A DNA stretch of 29,296 nt from Calditrichaceae bacterium (GCA_050178385.1 JBFXGD010000027.1:1-29296); one strand, 5' to 3'; positions 1-9,675 are shown, counted from the stretch's first letter. Made by a program: numbers and translations. The notes: generated from the letters alone by a model not told the origin.

Positions 1-1
1 A

Positions 2-937
2 GACAACCTTTATTTTTAGAACACGCGGTATCTGGTTTAGATCATTTATAATTTCAATTGTTTTGAAAGTGTAGGTTTTTGCAATTTGAATAACCTTTTC
101 CGGCTGAGATCCCGTCATTTCAAAAAACGCGTAATCGCAGCGGGGTGCACTGTCATCCGCCAGGAGAGATATAATTCTTCTGTAGAACGATAAACCGTCA
201 CCTTGATCGGTCAAAGCCGTTAATGGTTCATGTTCTCTTACTTCATTCTGAAGCGAACTGATTTCATCCATCGCGATATAAGGAGGATTGGATACCAGTA
301 TAGAAACGCTTTCGGGAAAATGAACTGGCCAGGGATTAAAAATATCGTGCTCCAAAAATTGTATGACGGATGCCTGGTCATTCGCGGACGGTTTGTTGTT
401 TGATTCAGAAAGCAGATGAAGTTCCGCTGAAATATTATTTAGCACCGCGTTTTCCCGGGCGACTTCTAATGCATTAGCCGAAATGTCAGTCGCAAAAACC
501 CGTGTTTCGGGCCAGAGCACCCTTATGCTGACCGGGATGCATCCGCTGCCGGTTCCGATATCCATAATTACAGGAGTCACACTCTGGTATTGATCTTTTA
601 ACTTCAGGATTTCCTCAACCATGATTTCGGTCTCAGGTCTGGGAATCAGCACATCGGGGCTGACTTTAAATGAAAATCCCATAAACCCGGTTTCGCCGAG
701 TATGTATTGCAGCGGCTCATGGCTCAGACGTCTTTTAATAAAAGCTCTGAAGCTATCAAGTTCGTCCGGCAGGATTGGCCGCTCAAAATTCATATACAGC
801 TGAACACGGCTGAAATTGAGAACTTTTCCCAGTAATTCCTCGACATTCAGCCGGGCGTTTTCTATTTTTTTTTCTTCCAAATATTTCGTTGTGGTATTCA
901 GAAGATTCAGTAAATTCCAGGTTTGTACTTTGTCCAT
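2..937 (-). CDS. prmC: Release factor glutamine N5-methyltransferase PrmC (HemK); 3' end runs off the left edge
   Basis: Manually translated from ATG at 937: MDKVQTWNLLNLLNTTTKYLEEKKIENARLNVEELLGKVL...RRLSHEPLQYILGETGFMG...VLIPRPETE...MDIGTGSGCI...LVSNPPYI...DLNQIPRVLKIKVV. Contains the LIPRPETE, SAM-binding DxGTGSG and NPPY motifs. Absent from the ORF track because its stop lies outside the window. Confidence 0.95.
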   Translation of the reverse strand, partial: MDKVQTWNLLNLLNTTTKYLEEKKIENARLNVEELLGKVLNFSRVQLYMNFERPILPDELDSFRAFIKRRLSHEPLQYILGETGFMGFSFKVSPDVLIPRPETEIMVEEILKLKDQYQSVTPVIMDIGTGSGCIPVSIRVLWPETRVFATDISANALEVARENAVLNNISAELHLLSESNNKPSANDQASVIQFLEHDIFNPWPVHFPESVSILVSNPPYIAMDEISSLQNEVREHEPLTALTDQGDGLSFYRRIISLLADDSAPRCDYAFFEMTGSQPEKVIQIAKTYTFKTIEIINDLNQIPRVLKIKVV

Positions 938-1088
938 AAGAAATTAAAATATAAAATGAATTAATGATTTTCAAAGCAATTATTGTTTCACTTTTTAATA
1001 TAGTGAAAATTGTCTGTTAAATATAGTTAAAAATAGTTTAGAAGCTGTCTGACCGGAAATTGTTCCCTGGTTTTTTGTATAAATTATT

Positions 1089-1117
1089 TTGCATTTAATC
1101 GGAAAAATTATTAAAAT
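1089..1117 (+). promoter_or_regulatory. Sigma70-type promoter of the heme operon
   Basis: TTGCAT (1089-1094), 17-nt spacer, TAAAAT (1112-1117), ending 35 nt upstream of the ATG at 1153. Confidence 0.65.
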
Positions 1118-1118
1118 C

Positions 1119-1132
1119 TGACTGGTCAGTCA
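1119..1132. promoter_or_regulatory. Palindromic operator, probable TetR-family binding site
   Basis: TGACTG-GT-CAGTCA has perfect 6-bp inverted arms, lies immediately 3' of the -10 box and covers the expected start site. A TetR gene lies in the same operon. Confidence 0.6.
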
Positions 1133-1152
1133 TCTAATAGTTGAGGAACCAG

Positions 1153-1977
1153 ATGCAGTTTCTAATCAGTTTTATGAACACGATTTTGCCATTGCTTTAT
1201 TTCGCGACGACATTTTTTTATGCCCGGTATTTTTGGCGCGAAGACAGTTCGGCGAAACGGTATGTGACACCCATGCTGCAAGTAACTGTATTAATACATT
1301 TTATTGATGTTGTGATAAGGGGGATTTATTACAAGCATTTTCCGCTGGCGACCATTTTCGAAGCTTCCACCGTTCTGGCGCTCTCTGTAGCCGCCATTTA
1401 CATGTATATTGAATCACGCATAAAGGAGAAATCTACAGGATATTTTATTCTTGTGTTCGTGTTTTTTATGCAGGTGATATCCTCGGCGTTTATAGACTTC
1501 GTCCATGTGATTCCAGAAATACTTCATGACCGTCTGTTTATTTTTCATACAAGCGCGGCCATCCTTGGATACTCTGCATTTGCTATTTCCGCGATTTACG
1601 GTTTAATGTATTTGCTGCTTACGCACGACATTAAAAGCAGCCGGTTTGGAGTCATTTACAGCCGTTTACCTTCCCTTGAAATTCTAAACGAAATGAATCT
1701 CAAGGCGGCGACAACCGGTTTCTTTTTTCTGACAATCGCCATTGTACTCGGCGAAATCTGGACAAAAAAATTATACGGCACCTTGCTTCATTTTGACTAT
1801 AAAATTTTAATTGCGATAATCACGTGGTTTATTTACGGACTTGAGATCTTTGGTAAAAAGATATTCGGATGGAGCGGAAAGCGGTTGGCGATTTTGTCAA
1901 TCAGCGGATTCGCCATTATTATATTTTCAATGATTGCCGTAAACACGTTTTTATCATCATTTCACAGATTCGATTGA
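1153..1977 (+). CDS. Cytochrome c assembly family membrane protein (CcsA/HemX-like)
   Basis: About 8 hydrophobic segments; His in LIHF and FIFHTS; RLPSLEIL motif; degenerate WWD region GEIWTKKLYGTLLHFDYK. GAGGA RBS favours ATG 1153 over TTG 1141. Directly upstream of hemA. Confidence 0.85.
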   Translation: MQFLISFMNTILPLLYFATTFFYARYFWREDSSAKRYVTPMLQVTVLIHFIDVVIRGIYYKHFPLATIFEASTVLALSVAAIYMYIESRIKEKSTGYFILVFVFFMQVISSAFIDFVHVIPEILHDRLFIFHTSAAILGYSAFAISAIYGLMYLLLTHDIKSSRFGVIYSRLPSLEILNEMNLKAATTGFFFLTIAIVLGEIWTKKLYGTLLHFDYKILIAIITWFIYGLEIFGKKIFGWSGKRLAILSISGFAIIIFSMIAVNTFLSSFHRFD

Positions 1978-1984
1978 TTAAATT

Positions 1985-3268
1985 ATGGATAAAAATATTT
2001 TTCAAATATATCTGCTTGGTCTCAACCACCGCGTAGCCACCGTTGATATTCGTGATCACGCGGCATACGCCGAGAATGAGCTTCCCGCCGCGCTTGAAAA
2101 GTTACTGAAATGTGACGGGATAGAAGAGGGATACATTCTCTCGACCTGCAACAGAACGGAAATTTATGTGCTGGCCGGGTCGTCGCCCGATGTTCGTTCG
2201 ACCCTGGAAAACTTCTTAAAAGCCACCCGCAAATCATTTGATCCCGCTGATTTTAAGGTGATGTATTTTTATGAAGGCGATGCCGCGATCGGGCACCTCT
2301 TTAAAGTCGCGGCGGGGATGGATTCAATGATTCTCGGTGAACCCCAGATCCTCGGGCAGGTTAAAGACGCTTACAGGATTGCGTCGGGTTTGGGTTCGAC
2401 AAAACTTATTTTAAATCGACTGCTTAATTTAGCGTTTACGGTTGGCAAGCGGGTGCGGACAGAGACTGCAATTGCTATGGGCGCTGTGAGTGTGGCCTTC
2501 GCCGCCGTGGAACTTGCGCAAAAGATTTTCAAAGATCTGAATAAACATAAAGTTCTGTTAATTGGTGCGGGGGAAACCGGCACACTGGCGGCGCAGCATT
2601 TGATAGAAAAGGGTGTTAAACAACTTCTCATAAGCAACAGGACATATGAAAAAGCCGCGAAGCTGGCGGATGACTTAAACGGGACTGCTGTTCCATTTGA
2701 TGAAATGCATTCAGTTTTGCCGGAAGTGGATGTGGTTATCGGGGCAACAAGCGCGCCGGATTTCATCCTGTCGGAATCAGATATCCGGGAGATTCAGGGG
2801 CGACGTGGTTCCCGCCCGCTCTTTTTGATAGATATCGCGGTGCCGCGTGATTTTGATCCAAAAATCAATCGACTTGAAAATGTATTTTTAAACGATATGG
2901 ACGGATTACAGCAAATTGTCGATAAAAATCTGGATAAACGCAGACAGGAAATCCCGGAAGCCCTGATTATCATCGATCAGGAGATATCGAATTTTACCGC
3001 GTGGAAAAAATCCCTTCAGGTGACGCCGACAATCATAGCCCTGCGCGAAAAATTGGAAGAAATACGCCGCCTGGAACTTGATAAACACAAACACCGCGTG
3101 AGTGATAAAGAACTGGAACAAATGGAAATGATTACCCGCGCGGTAATTAATAAAGTGCTGCATCTGCCTACGGTGCAACTCCGCGGATATAACAACGGAC
3201 AATTGGAAGGCCTTCTGCGCATAGACGTGGTTAGGGAAATGTTTGGACTGGAGGAAGATAATGAGTAA
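1985..3268 (+). CDS. hemA: Glutamyl-tRNA reductase
   Basis: GLNHRVA, catalytic STCNRTE, DSMILGEPQILGQVK, NADPH-binding IGAGETG, DIAVPRD. Confidence 0.98.
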   Translation: MDKNIFQIYLLGLNHRVATVDIRDHAAYAENELPAALEKLLKCDGIEEGYILSTCNRTEIYVLAGSSPDVRSTLENFLKATRKSFDPADFKVMYFYEGDAAIGHLFKVAAGMDSMILGEPQILGQVKDAYRIASGLGSTKLILNRLLNLAFTVGKRVRTETAIAMGAVSVAFAAVELAQKIFKDLNKHKVLLIGAGETGTLAAQHLIEKGVKQLLISNRTYEKAAKLADDLNGTAVPFDEMHSVLPEVDVVIGATSAPDFILSESDIREIQGRRGSRPLFLIDIAVPRDFDPKINRLENVFLNDMDGLQQIVDKNLDKRRQEIPEALIIIDQEISNFTAWKKSLQVTPTIIALREKLEEIRRLELDKHKHRVSDKELEQMEMITRAVINKVLHLPTVQLRGYNNGQLEGLLRIDVVREMFGLEEDNE

Positions 3269-4196
3269 GACGGTACGCATAGGAACACGTGATAGTGAGC
3301 TCGCGATATGGCAGACGCGCTGGGTTCGGGAAAAATTGAATGAGCTGGACCCCGTGATAAATATTGAAATTATAGAGGTTAAAACCATTGGTGACAAAAT
3401 ACTGGATACGCCTCTGTCTAAAATTGGTGACAAGGGACTTTTCACAAAGGAAATCGACCGGGCGCTGCTTGATAATGAAATAGATTTCGCGGTGCACAGC
3501 ATGAAAGATGTGCCGACAGCCATACCTGAAGAACTTACAATCGCGGCTATCACCGGAAGATGGCATGCAAATGATATTTTGATATCGAGGAATAATCTGA
3601 CAATCGAAACTCTGCCCGAGGGAGCGACGATAGCGACGGGGAGTCTTAGAAGAAAAGCGCAACTGTTAAATTACCGAAAAGATTTCAGAATTATTGACCT
3701 TAGAGGCAATCTGAATACAAGATTCAGAAAGTTTGACGAAGCGGATTGGGACGGTATGGTTCTCGCTCAGGCCGGTGTGGAGCGTTTAGGCTGGCAGGAC
3801 AGAATATCGGAACGCATTCCATTAAACATTCTTCTTCCCGCTGTCGGCCAGGGGAGTTTCGCGATTATTTGCCGAAAAAATGACAATGACACCAGGAATC
3901 TGCTAAAACCGCTTCACGATGATCATTCAGCAGCCGGGATACGCGCTGAGAGAGCCTTGCTGCATAGACTTGAGGGAGGATGCCAGGTGCCTATCGGGGC
4001 ATACGGTGAGATCGTTCAAAATCGACTGCGGTTGAAAGCATGCGTTTCAAGTCTTGACGGCGAGACACTCATTGAAGATGTAGCGGAAGGTGAGATCAAT
4101 TCGCCGGAAGAATTAGGTATATTGGTCGCGGAAAAACTGATTTCCTTGGGTGGAAAAGAAATATTGGACCGCATTATAATGGAAAACCGCGCATGA
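3261..4196 (+). CDS. hemC: Hydroxymethylbilane synthase (porphobilinogen deaminase)
   Basis: IGTRDSELAIWQ, GDKGLFTKE, VHSMKDVP, RGNLNTR, LEGGCQVP cofactor Cys. Start set at ATG 3261, overlapping the hemA end. Confidence 0.98.
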   Translation: MSKTVRIGTRDSELAIWQTRWVREKLNELDPVINIEIIEVKTIGDKILDTPLSKIGDKGLFTKEIDRALLDNEIDFAVHSMKDVPTAIPEELTIAAITGRWHANDILISRNNLTIETLPEGATIATGSLRRKAQLLNYRKDFRIIDLRGNLNTRFRKFDEADWDGMVLAQAGVERLGWQDRISERIPLNILLPAVGQGSFAIICRKNDNDTRNLLKPLHDDHSAAGIRAERALLHRLEGGCQVPIGAYGEIVQNRLRLKACVSSLDGETLIEDVAEGEINSPEELGILVAEKLISLGGKEILDRIIMENRA

Positions 4197-4852
4197 GAAA
4201 ATCAAATCCACAACTTCATAGTGAAAGGCGATGTCAGATTCTGAATATCGCGGAGGAAATGTTCGCCTCGCAGAAATTTCATGAAGTGCTGATGGATGAG
4301 GTGGCGAGAAGGGCAAATATTGCCAAAGGAACCATCTATAATTATTTCAGAAACAAAGAAGAACTTTTTCTTTCAATTATAATCAGAAAACTGGAAAATC
4401 TGTTGCACCTGTTATGCGAAAGGGTTGATCATAATACTGACGCGCTGACAACGCTCCGCAGAGTAGTAATCCATATGTACAGTTTTCTGGTAAAATATCC
4501 TGATTTTTTCAGAATCTGGTACAGGGAAAAAATCAAATTTTCCGCCGGGAGCGGCGATAAAATTGATCAGATGTATCACCAGATACGGGAATTAATGGTT
4601 CGGACTCTTGAACGATGCATCGATGAAGGAATTATTTCGCCGGATGAGAATCTGCTGTTCAAAACAGATCTGATTTTGGGTATCATTGACGTGGCGGTAA
4701 TTAGAGCACAAAATTTGACCGTGGATGAACAGCGGGCTGAAAGGGTGCTTATGTTTGAATTCATCCTGAATGCAATCGGTACGCCACACGCGCTTACTCT
4801 GCATGAAATTGGGATCGATCTGCCCATAAAAGAGGCGGTTATTAATGAGTAG
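4193..4852 (+). CDS. TetR/AcrR family transcriptional regulator
   Basis: N-terminal HTH ILNIAEEMFASQKFHEVLMDEVARRANIAKGTIYNYFRNKEELF. ATGA overlap with hemC and 8-nt overlap with hemD. Confidence 0.93.
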   Translation: MRKSNPQLHSERRCQILNIAEEMFASQKFHEVLMDEVARRANIAKGTIYNYFRNKEELFLSIIIRKLENLLHLLCERVDHNTDALTTLRRVVIHMYSFLVKYPDFFRIWYREKIKFSAGSGDKIDQMYHQIRELMVRTLERCIDEGIISPDENLLFKTDLILGIIDVAVIRAQNLTVDEQRAERVLMFEFILNAIGTPHALTLHEIGIDLPIKEAVINE

Positions 4853-5648
4853 CTTAAGCGGGAAAAAAATATTAATCTGCCGGGGCAGGGAGCAGTCCCT
4901 GGAACTGGATGCAGGGCTCCGGGAAAAAGGGTCCGATCCTGTTTTTTTTGCTCCGTTTACCGTGGATATAATTGATCCCAATAAGGAAATGGCCATAGAA
5001 CGGGAATTGAAAAATCTTGACCGTTATGACCTGATTCTTTTTGGAAGCCCGAACGGTGTGTCCTCTTTCCGTCACTACATGAACCGGTATCTTATATCAG
5101 ATAAAGTAATGAATAGGATTGGTGTGGGTATTGTTGGAAACAAAGCGGCAAAGAGATTTGAAAGATTGTTCCCGAAAACAGATATCAGGTATAAAGCTTC
5201 ATCATTAAAAGACCTCCTCGAAAAAACCGGTAAATCCTCGGATGACAAAAAAATAAATATATTGAATCTAACCAGTGAGCAGTCCTTATTAAATATTCAG
5301 TTGGAGATCCCTGATAATATATCACTGGTACGTCTGCCCATTTACAAAACAGTCGCAAATACGGAGATAGATGAAAACAGTGTCGGGGAAATAAATAAAT
5401 CAAAATTTGATATGGTTGTTTTCAGCAGTCCGAGTTCTTATGACTATTTTGTCGGGCAGATAGGAAAAGCCTTTCTGATGTCCGGAATTTCAGTGGCGGC
5501 ATTTGGCAAAACAACAGCCGGTCACATTAAGAAAAACGGGTTTAAGGCGGATGTGGTCCCTGTCAACGCGGAAACAGATAATTTAATCATGGCGATTGAA
5601 GCATTTTTTGACAGAATAAATTCCGGGGTGATCACTGCCGGCGGATAA
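4845..5648 (+). CDS. hemD: Uroporphyrinogen-III synthase
   Basis: LSGKKILICR, ILFGSPNGV, IYKT, VFSSPSS, AAFGKTTA; operon context. Confidence 0.9.
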   Translation: MSSLSGKKILICRGREQSLELDAGLREKGSDPVFFAPFTVDIIDPNKEMAIERELKNLDRYDLILFGSPNGVSSFRHYMNRYLISDKVMNRIGVGIVGNKAAKRFERLFPKTDIRYKASSLKDLLEKTGKSSDDKKINILNLTSEQSLLNIQLEIPDNISLVRLPIYKTVANTEIDENSVGEINKSKFDMVVFSSPSSYDYFVGQIGKAFLMSGISVAAFGKTTAGHIKKNGFKADVVPVNAETDNLIMAIEAFFDRINSGVITAGG

Positions 5649-5719
5649 TATCGGTCAGTTGAATATTCAAAAATAAAGCGTAAACATATATTTCGAAAGA
5701 CGGGAGTTAGGACATAATT

Positions 5720-6754
5720 ATGGATGAAAATACAAATCACCTCTTTATAAAGGCATGCTTAGGGCAGCCTGTTGAACGCACACCGGTCTGGATGATGCGT
5801 CAGGCGGGTCGTTATTTGCCGGAATACCGGCAGATCAGACAAAAATATAATTTTACGGGTATGTATAAAACACCGGATGTGGCGACCGAAGTCACCCTTC
5901 AGCCGGTGGATATTCTGGGAGTCGACGCGGCTATCCTTTTCTCGGATATTCTTGTTGTTCCAGAAGCGATGGGGATGGAACTGCATTTTATAGAAGAGAA
6001 GGGTCCTCAGTTTCCGGATCCCCTGCGGTCCGAAAAACAGATCCGCCAATTACCGGCCATCAACGTGGAAAATGAACTCGGCTATGTTTTGCAGGCCATC
6101 AGAAATATCAGGCAGGAATTGAACAATCGCGTTCCTCTGATCGGATTCAGCGGAGCTCCCTGGACGCTTGCCACTTATATGATAGAAGGAAGCGGCTCCA
6201 GAAATTATAAATATATCAAAACATTACGATTCGGGAATCCGGCGTTATTGCATGAATTGCTGGAAAAAGTGACGATCACGGTAATCGACTATTGTAAAGC
6301 GCAGATTGAAAACGGGGTTCAGGCGGTACAGTTGTTTGACAGCTGGGCAGGCATGCTGGACGAAGAAGGATTTTACGAATTTGCGCTCCCTTATGTGCAA
6401 AGAATCATTAAGGAAATACGCAAACCCGGAGTTCCCATCATTTATTTCGCAAAAGGGGCAATGGCATGGCTCGATAAACTAAGCCTTTCCGGCGCTGATG
6501 TACTGGGACTTGACTGGACAATTGATCCTGCCAGAGCTGTGGAATTAATCAATAATAAAACCGCGCTGCAGGGCAATCTTGATCCTACTGCTCTTTACGC
6601 GCCGCCCGCTGAAATCCGCGGTCATGTCAAAAAAATGCTAAAAGGATTTAGTGGCGCGGCCGGTCATGTCGCCAACCTGGGGCATGGAATTTTACCGGAT
6701 ATACCGGTGGATCACGCGCGGGCATTCATAGACGCTGTAAAAGAGGAAAGTTGA
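5720..6754 (+). CDS. hemE: Uroporphyrinogen decarboxylase
   Basis: PVWMMRQAGRYLPEY, AAILFSDIL, GFSGAPWTLATY, QGNLDP, NLGHGI. Confidence 0.98.
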   Translation: MDENTNHLFIKACLGQPVERTPVWMMRQAGRYLPEYRQIRQKYNFTGMYKTPDVATEVTLQPVDILGVDAAILFSDILVVPEAMGMELHFIEEKGPQFPDPLRSEKQIRQLPAINVENELGYVLQAIRNIRQELNNRVPLIGFSGAPWTLATYMIEGSGSRNYKYIKTLRFGNPALLHELLEKVTITVIDYCKAQIENGVQAVQLFDSWAGMLDEEGFYEFALPYVQRIIKEIRKPGVPIIYFAKGAMAWLDKLSLSGADVLGLDWTIDPARAVELINNKTALQGNLDPTALYAPPAEIRGHVKKMLKGFSGAAGHVANLGHGILPDIPVDHARAFIDAVKEES

Positions 6755-6818
6755 GATTTCCGGGAATCATTAGTCAGGGACTGATAATCCATTTATTTAA
6801 CCAAAAGAGATCAATATT

Positions 6819-8216
6819 ATGAATAAATCACTAAACTTAGATATCGCCCTCGAACTTCTGAAAAAATATGACCGTCCGGGGCCGAGATATACAAGCTACC
6901 CAACCGCTCCGCATTTTCATGAGGGATTCGGCTCAAGGGAGTTTGAAGAGGAAATTATACGGACAAATGAGGTTGGCCAAAACGGCGATTTATCTCTCTA
7001 TTTTCATTTACCGTTTTGTCAATCGCTGTGCTATTATTGCGCCTGCAATGTGATTATTACTCACAGTTCAGATCGTAAGGCCTCGTATGTCGATTATCTT
7101 AAAAGAGAAATAGATGCTGTAAGCAGCAGGGTAAATCCAAACAGAAAAGTTGTTCAGCTCCATTGGGGCGGGGGAACGCCGACATATCTTTCAGCGGAGC
7201 AGATAGAAGATATCGCTTTGTACATACGCGATCATTTCAATTTTGCGTCCGATGCCGAAGTAAGTATTGAAGTCGATCCAAGAGCGCTGACTCCGGCTCA
7301 TCTGCCGGTTTTGAGAAAGGTAGGTTTTAACAGAATCAGTATGGGGGTTCAGGATTTTGATCCCAAGGTTCAGGAAGCGGTTAACCGCATACAGCCGGAA
7401 GAAATGACGCGCGGGGTCATTCAGGAAAGCCGGGATCTCGGTTTTGATTCGATTAATGTGGACCTGATTTATGGTCTGCCATATCAGTCGGTCGATACTT
7501 TTGCCAAATCAGTAGATAAAATTATCGAAATTTCACCGGATCGTCTGGCGGTTTTTAATTATGCGCATGTGCCCTGGATGAAAAAGCATCAGAACATAAT
7601 TAAACCGGAAACGCTTCCTTCAGCCGGAGAAAAATTGTCCATTTTGAAGATGGTGATCGAAAAGCTGACCGGCGCCGGTTATGTGATGATCGGTATGGAT
7701 CATTTTGCAAAGCCGGGTGATGAACTTAGCGTCGCTCTTCGGGAAAAAACGTTATACAGAAACTTTCAGGGATATACTACCCGGGCAGGGGCAGAAGTTT
7801 ACGCCATGGGTATCACTTCTATCAGCCAATTGCACAATGTTTACGCGCAGAATGTCAAGACAACTAAAGAATATGAAACAATGATTGACAGCGGAAAACT
7901 ACCCGTTTCTCTGGGTTATCGTCTTAATGATGACGATCAGGTGAGAAGGCATGTCATTACAGAACTTATGTGTAATAATGTTGTTGAAAAAGCGGAAGTG
8001 AATAAAAAGTATGGAATCGATTTTGATTCTTACTTTGCCGATTCTATAGCTCAGTTGGATGAATTTGTCAATGACGGGCTTGTAAGTCTGCAGCCGGACC
8101 GGATTCAGGTTCATGAAAATGGCCGTCTGGTGGTGCGGAATATCGCGATGGCTTTTGACGCGTATCTTGAAGCGGATCGCCAGAAACAAAAGCCAATTTA
8201 CTCCAGAACAGTTTAA
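6819..8216 (+). CDS. hemN: Oxygen-independent coproporphyrinogen III oxidase (radical SAM)
   Basis: KYDRPGPRYTSYPTA, HLPFCQSLCYYCACN (CxxxCxxC), HWGGGTPT, IGMDHFA, RNFQGY, C-terminal YSRTV. These are true HemN features rather than HemW. Confidence 0.97.
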   Translation: MNKSLNLDIALELLKKYDRPGPRYTSYPTAPHFHEGFGSREFEEEIIRTNEVGQNGDLSLYFHLPFCQSLCYYCACNVIITHSSDRKASYVDYLKREIDAVSSRVNPNRKVVQLHWGGGTPTYLSAEQIEDIALYIRDHFNFASDAEVSIEVDPRALTPAHLPVLRKVGFNRISMGVQDFDPKVQEAVNRIQPEEMTRGVIQESRDLGFDSINVDLIYGLPYQSVDTFAKSVDKIIEISPDRLAVFNYAHVPWMKKHQNIIKPETLPSAGEKLSILKMVIEKLTGAGYVMIGMDHFAKPGDELSVALREKTLYRNFQGYTTRAGAEVYAMGITSISQLHNVYAQNVKTTKEYETMIDSGKLPVSLGYRLNDDDQVRRHVITELMCNNVVEKAEVNKKYGIDFDSYFADSIAQLDEFVNDGLVSLQPDRIQVHENGRLVVRNIAMAFDAYLEADRQKQKPIYSRTV

Positions 8217-8232
8217 TCAGGTGGATAGGATT

Positions 8233-9675
8233 ATGCCAAAGATTGAAACGATCGATACTGTCATTGTAGGAGCCGGGATATCGGGTCTTACTACTGCGCA
8301 CAATTTGGTGAAAAAGGGAATTAAGGTAAAAATTCTTGAAAAAAACAGCAGAGCCGGCGGCTCAATCCGCACAGAGGAGAAAGACGGATTCCTGGTAGAA
8401 TACGGACCCAACAGCGCGCTCGAAACCACTCCGCTGCTAGGTGAACTTTTCAAAGAACTGAAAATAGATCATCAGTTGATATATGCCAGTGAAAAATCCA
8501 ATAATCGATATATTGTACGTGGCGGGAAACTCCAGGCTTTACCAATGAAAGCGCTGGATTTTTTAAAAAGCAGTCTTTTCTCAACAAACGCAAAGTTAAG
8601 ACTCTTTAAAGAACCGTTTATCGCCCCATCACCTGCAGAAACCCGTGAAACCCTGGCTGAGTTTGTGGAGCGGCGTCTTGGGAAAGAATTTCTGGATTAT
8701 GCGATTGATCCGTTTGTGGCCGGTGTTTTTGCCGGATTACCGGAAAAATTATGTGTTCAGAGCGCGTTCCCGAAGCTTTATGAAGTGGAACAAAAATATG
8801 GGAGCCTGATAAAAGGGACCATAAGGGGCGCGCGTGAAAGAAAAAAAAGCAAGGAAACCTCCAAACAGCATGCGAAAATGTTTTCATTTGAAGACGGATT
8901 ACAGACTGTTATTAATGCTTTGGTAAAAGAAATTGGAGACAATCTTGTTGCTGATGCGGAAATAACAGGGATATCAAAGAGTAAGGATGGCGGTTACGAA
9001 GTTTCATACCGGAATGAAGGAGAAGAGATCTTAATCCGGACAAAATCGGTTTTATTGACCGTACCCGCTCATGTGTACGAAAAACTTCCAATCCATTTTG
9101 AATTAACTCCGGGAGATTTTTTCAAGACAATTCCTTATCCGCCCGTAACAATGGTTTTCTTTGGATACAAAAAGAAACCGGAAAATGTCAATCTTGACGG
9201 ATTTGGATTTTTAATTCCGAGAAAGGAAAACAAAAAAATTCTTGGCTCCATCTGGAGTTCGACGATTTTTCCGAATCGCGCGCCGGAAGGAGGGGCGGCA
9301 TTTACGACCTTTGTCGGCGGCAGCCGCCAGCCGGAGAACGCGATGCTGAGTGAAGACAAGATTACTGAAATGGTGGAAGAAGATTTTAAAAGCCTGTTGG
9401 GTATCAGCCAAAAGCCGGATGTTGTGGTGATTAAACGATGGGAAAAGGCAATACCTCAGTATAATCTTGAGCATATTGAAATGATCGGCTCGGTTGAAAA
9501 ATTTGAACAAATGAATCCGGGTATGTTTATTTCCGGTAATTTCAGAGGCGGTATTTCAGTAGCCGATTGTGTAAAGCAAGCAGATGCGATGAGTGGGGCC
9601 GTTTCGGAGTTTTTTGAGAAAAAAGTCAAAAAAATCAATTATCAAAACGCGTCAAAAACAGTAACAGATAAATAA
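8233..9675 (+). CDS. hemY: FAD-dependent proto/coproporphyrinogen oxidase (HemY family)
   Basis: IVGAGISGL dinucleotide fold, RAGGSIRT, EYGPNS, GFGFLIP, RWEKAIPQY, GISVADCV. Start moved to ATG 8233 (AGGA upstream) because the track start at 8113 overlaps hemN. Confidence 0.93.
   Translation: MPKIETIDTVIVGAGISGLTTAHNLVKKGIKVKILEKNSRAGGSIRTEEKDGFLVEYGPNSALETTPLLGELFKELKIDHQLIYASEKSNNRYIVRGGKLQALPMKALDFLKSSLFSTNAKLRLFKEPFIAPSPAETRETLAEFVERRLGKEFLDYAIDPFVAGVFAGLPEKLCVQSAFPKLYEVEQKYGSLIKGTIRGARERKKSKETSKQHAKMFSFEDGLQTVINALVKEIGDNLVADAEITGISKSKDGGYEVSYRNEGEEILIRTKSVLLTVPAHVYEKLPIHFELTPGDFFKTIPYPPVTMVFFGYKKKPENVNLDGFGFLIPRKENKKILGSIWSSTIFPNRAPEGGAAFTTFVGGSRQPENAMLSEDKITEMVEEDFKSLLGISQKPDVVVIKRWEKAIPQYNLEHIEMIGSVEKFEQMNPGMFISGNFRGGISVADCVKQADAMSGAVSEFFEKKVKKINYQNASKTVTDK

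Noticed and set aside
865..873. T9 homopolymer in prmC as a possible frameshift or phase-variation site
   Set aside because: The frame is intact through it (GAA AAA AAA ATA), and such runs are common in this sequence.
621..974. Track ORFs 621..803 (+) and 783..974 (-)
   Set aside because: Both overlap the real prmC gene in other frames and have no recognisable motifs.
2..1977. prmC ('hemK') next to hem genes implying a role in heme synthesis
   Set aside because: PrmC is an established release-factor methyltransferase; the hemK name is historical and the gene is divergently transcribed.
2022..3662. Antisense ORFs over hemA/hemC, up to 215 aa
   Set aside because: Shadow frames of well-conserved genes, with no independent coding signal.
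5652..5670. TTGAATATTCAA palindrome and GGTCAGT half-site between hemD and hemE
   Set aside because: The spacing does not fit FNR (TTGAT-N4-ATCAA), the palindrome is AT-rich and only half of the TetR-type site is present. Too weak to call.
6763..6798. Imperfect hairpin between hemE and hemN
   Set aside because: Bulged, AT-rich stem with a poor U-tract; not supportable as a terminator.
8113..8232. N-terminal extension of the HemY ORF in the track
   Set aside because: It overlaps hemN by about 100 nt; the FAD motif and RBS support ATG 8233.
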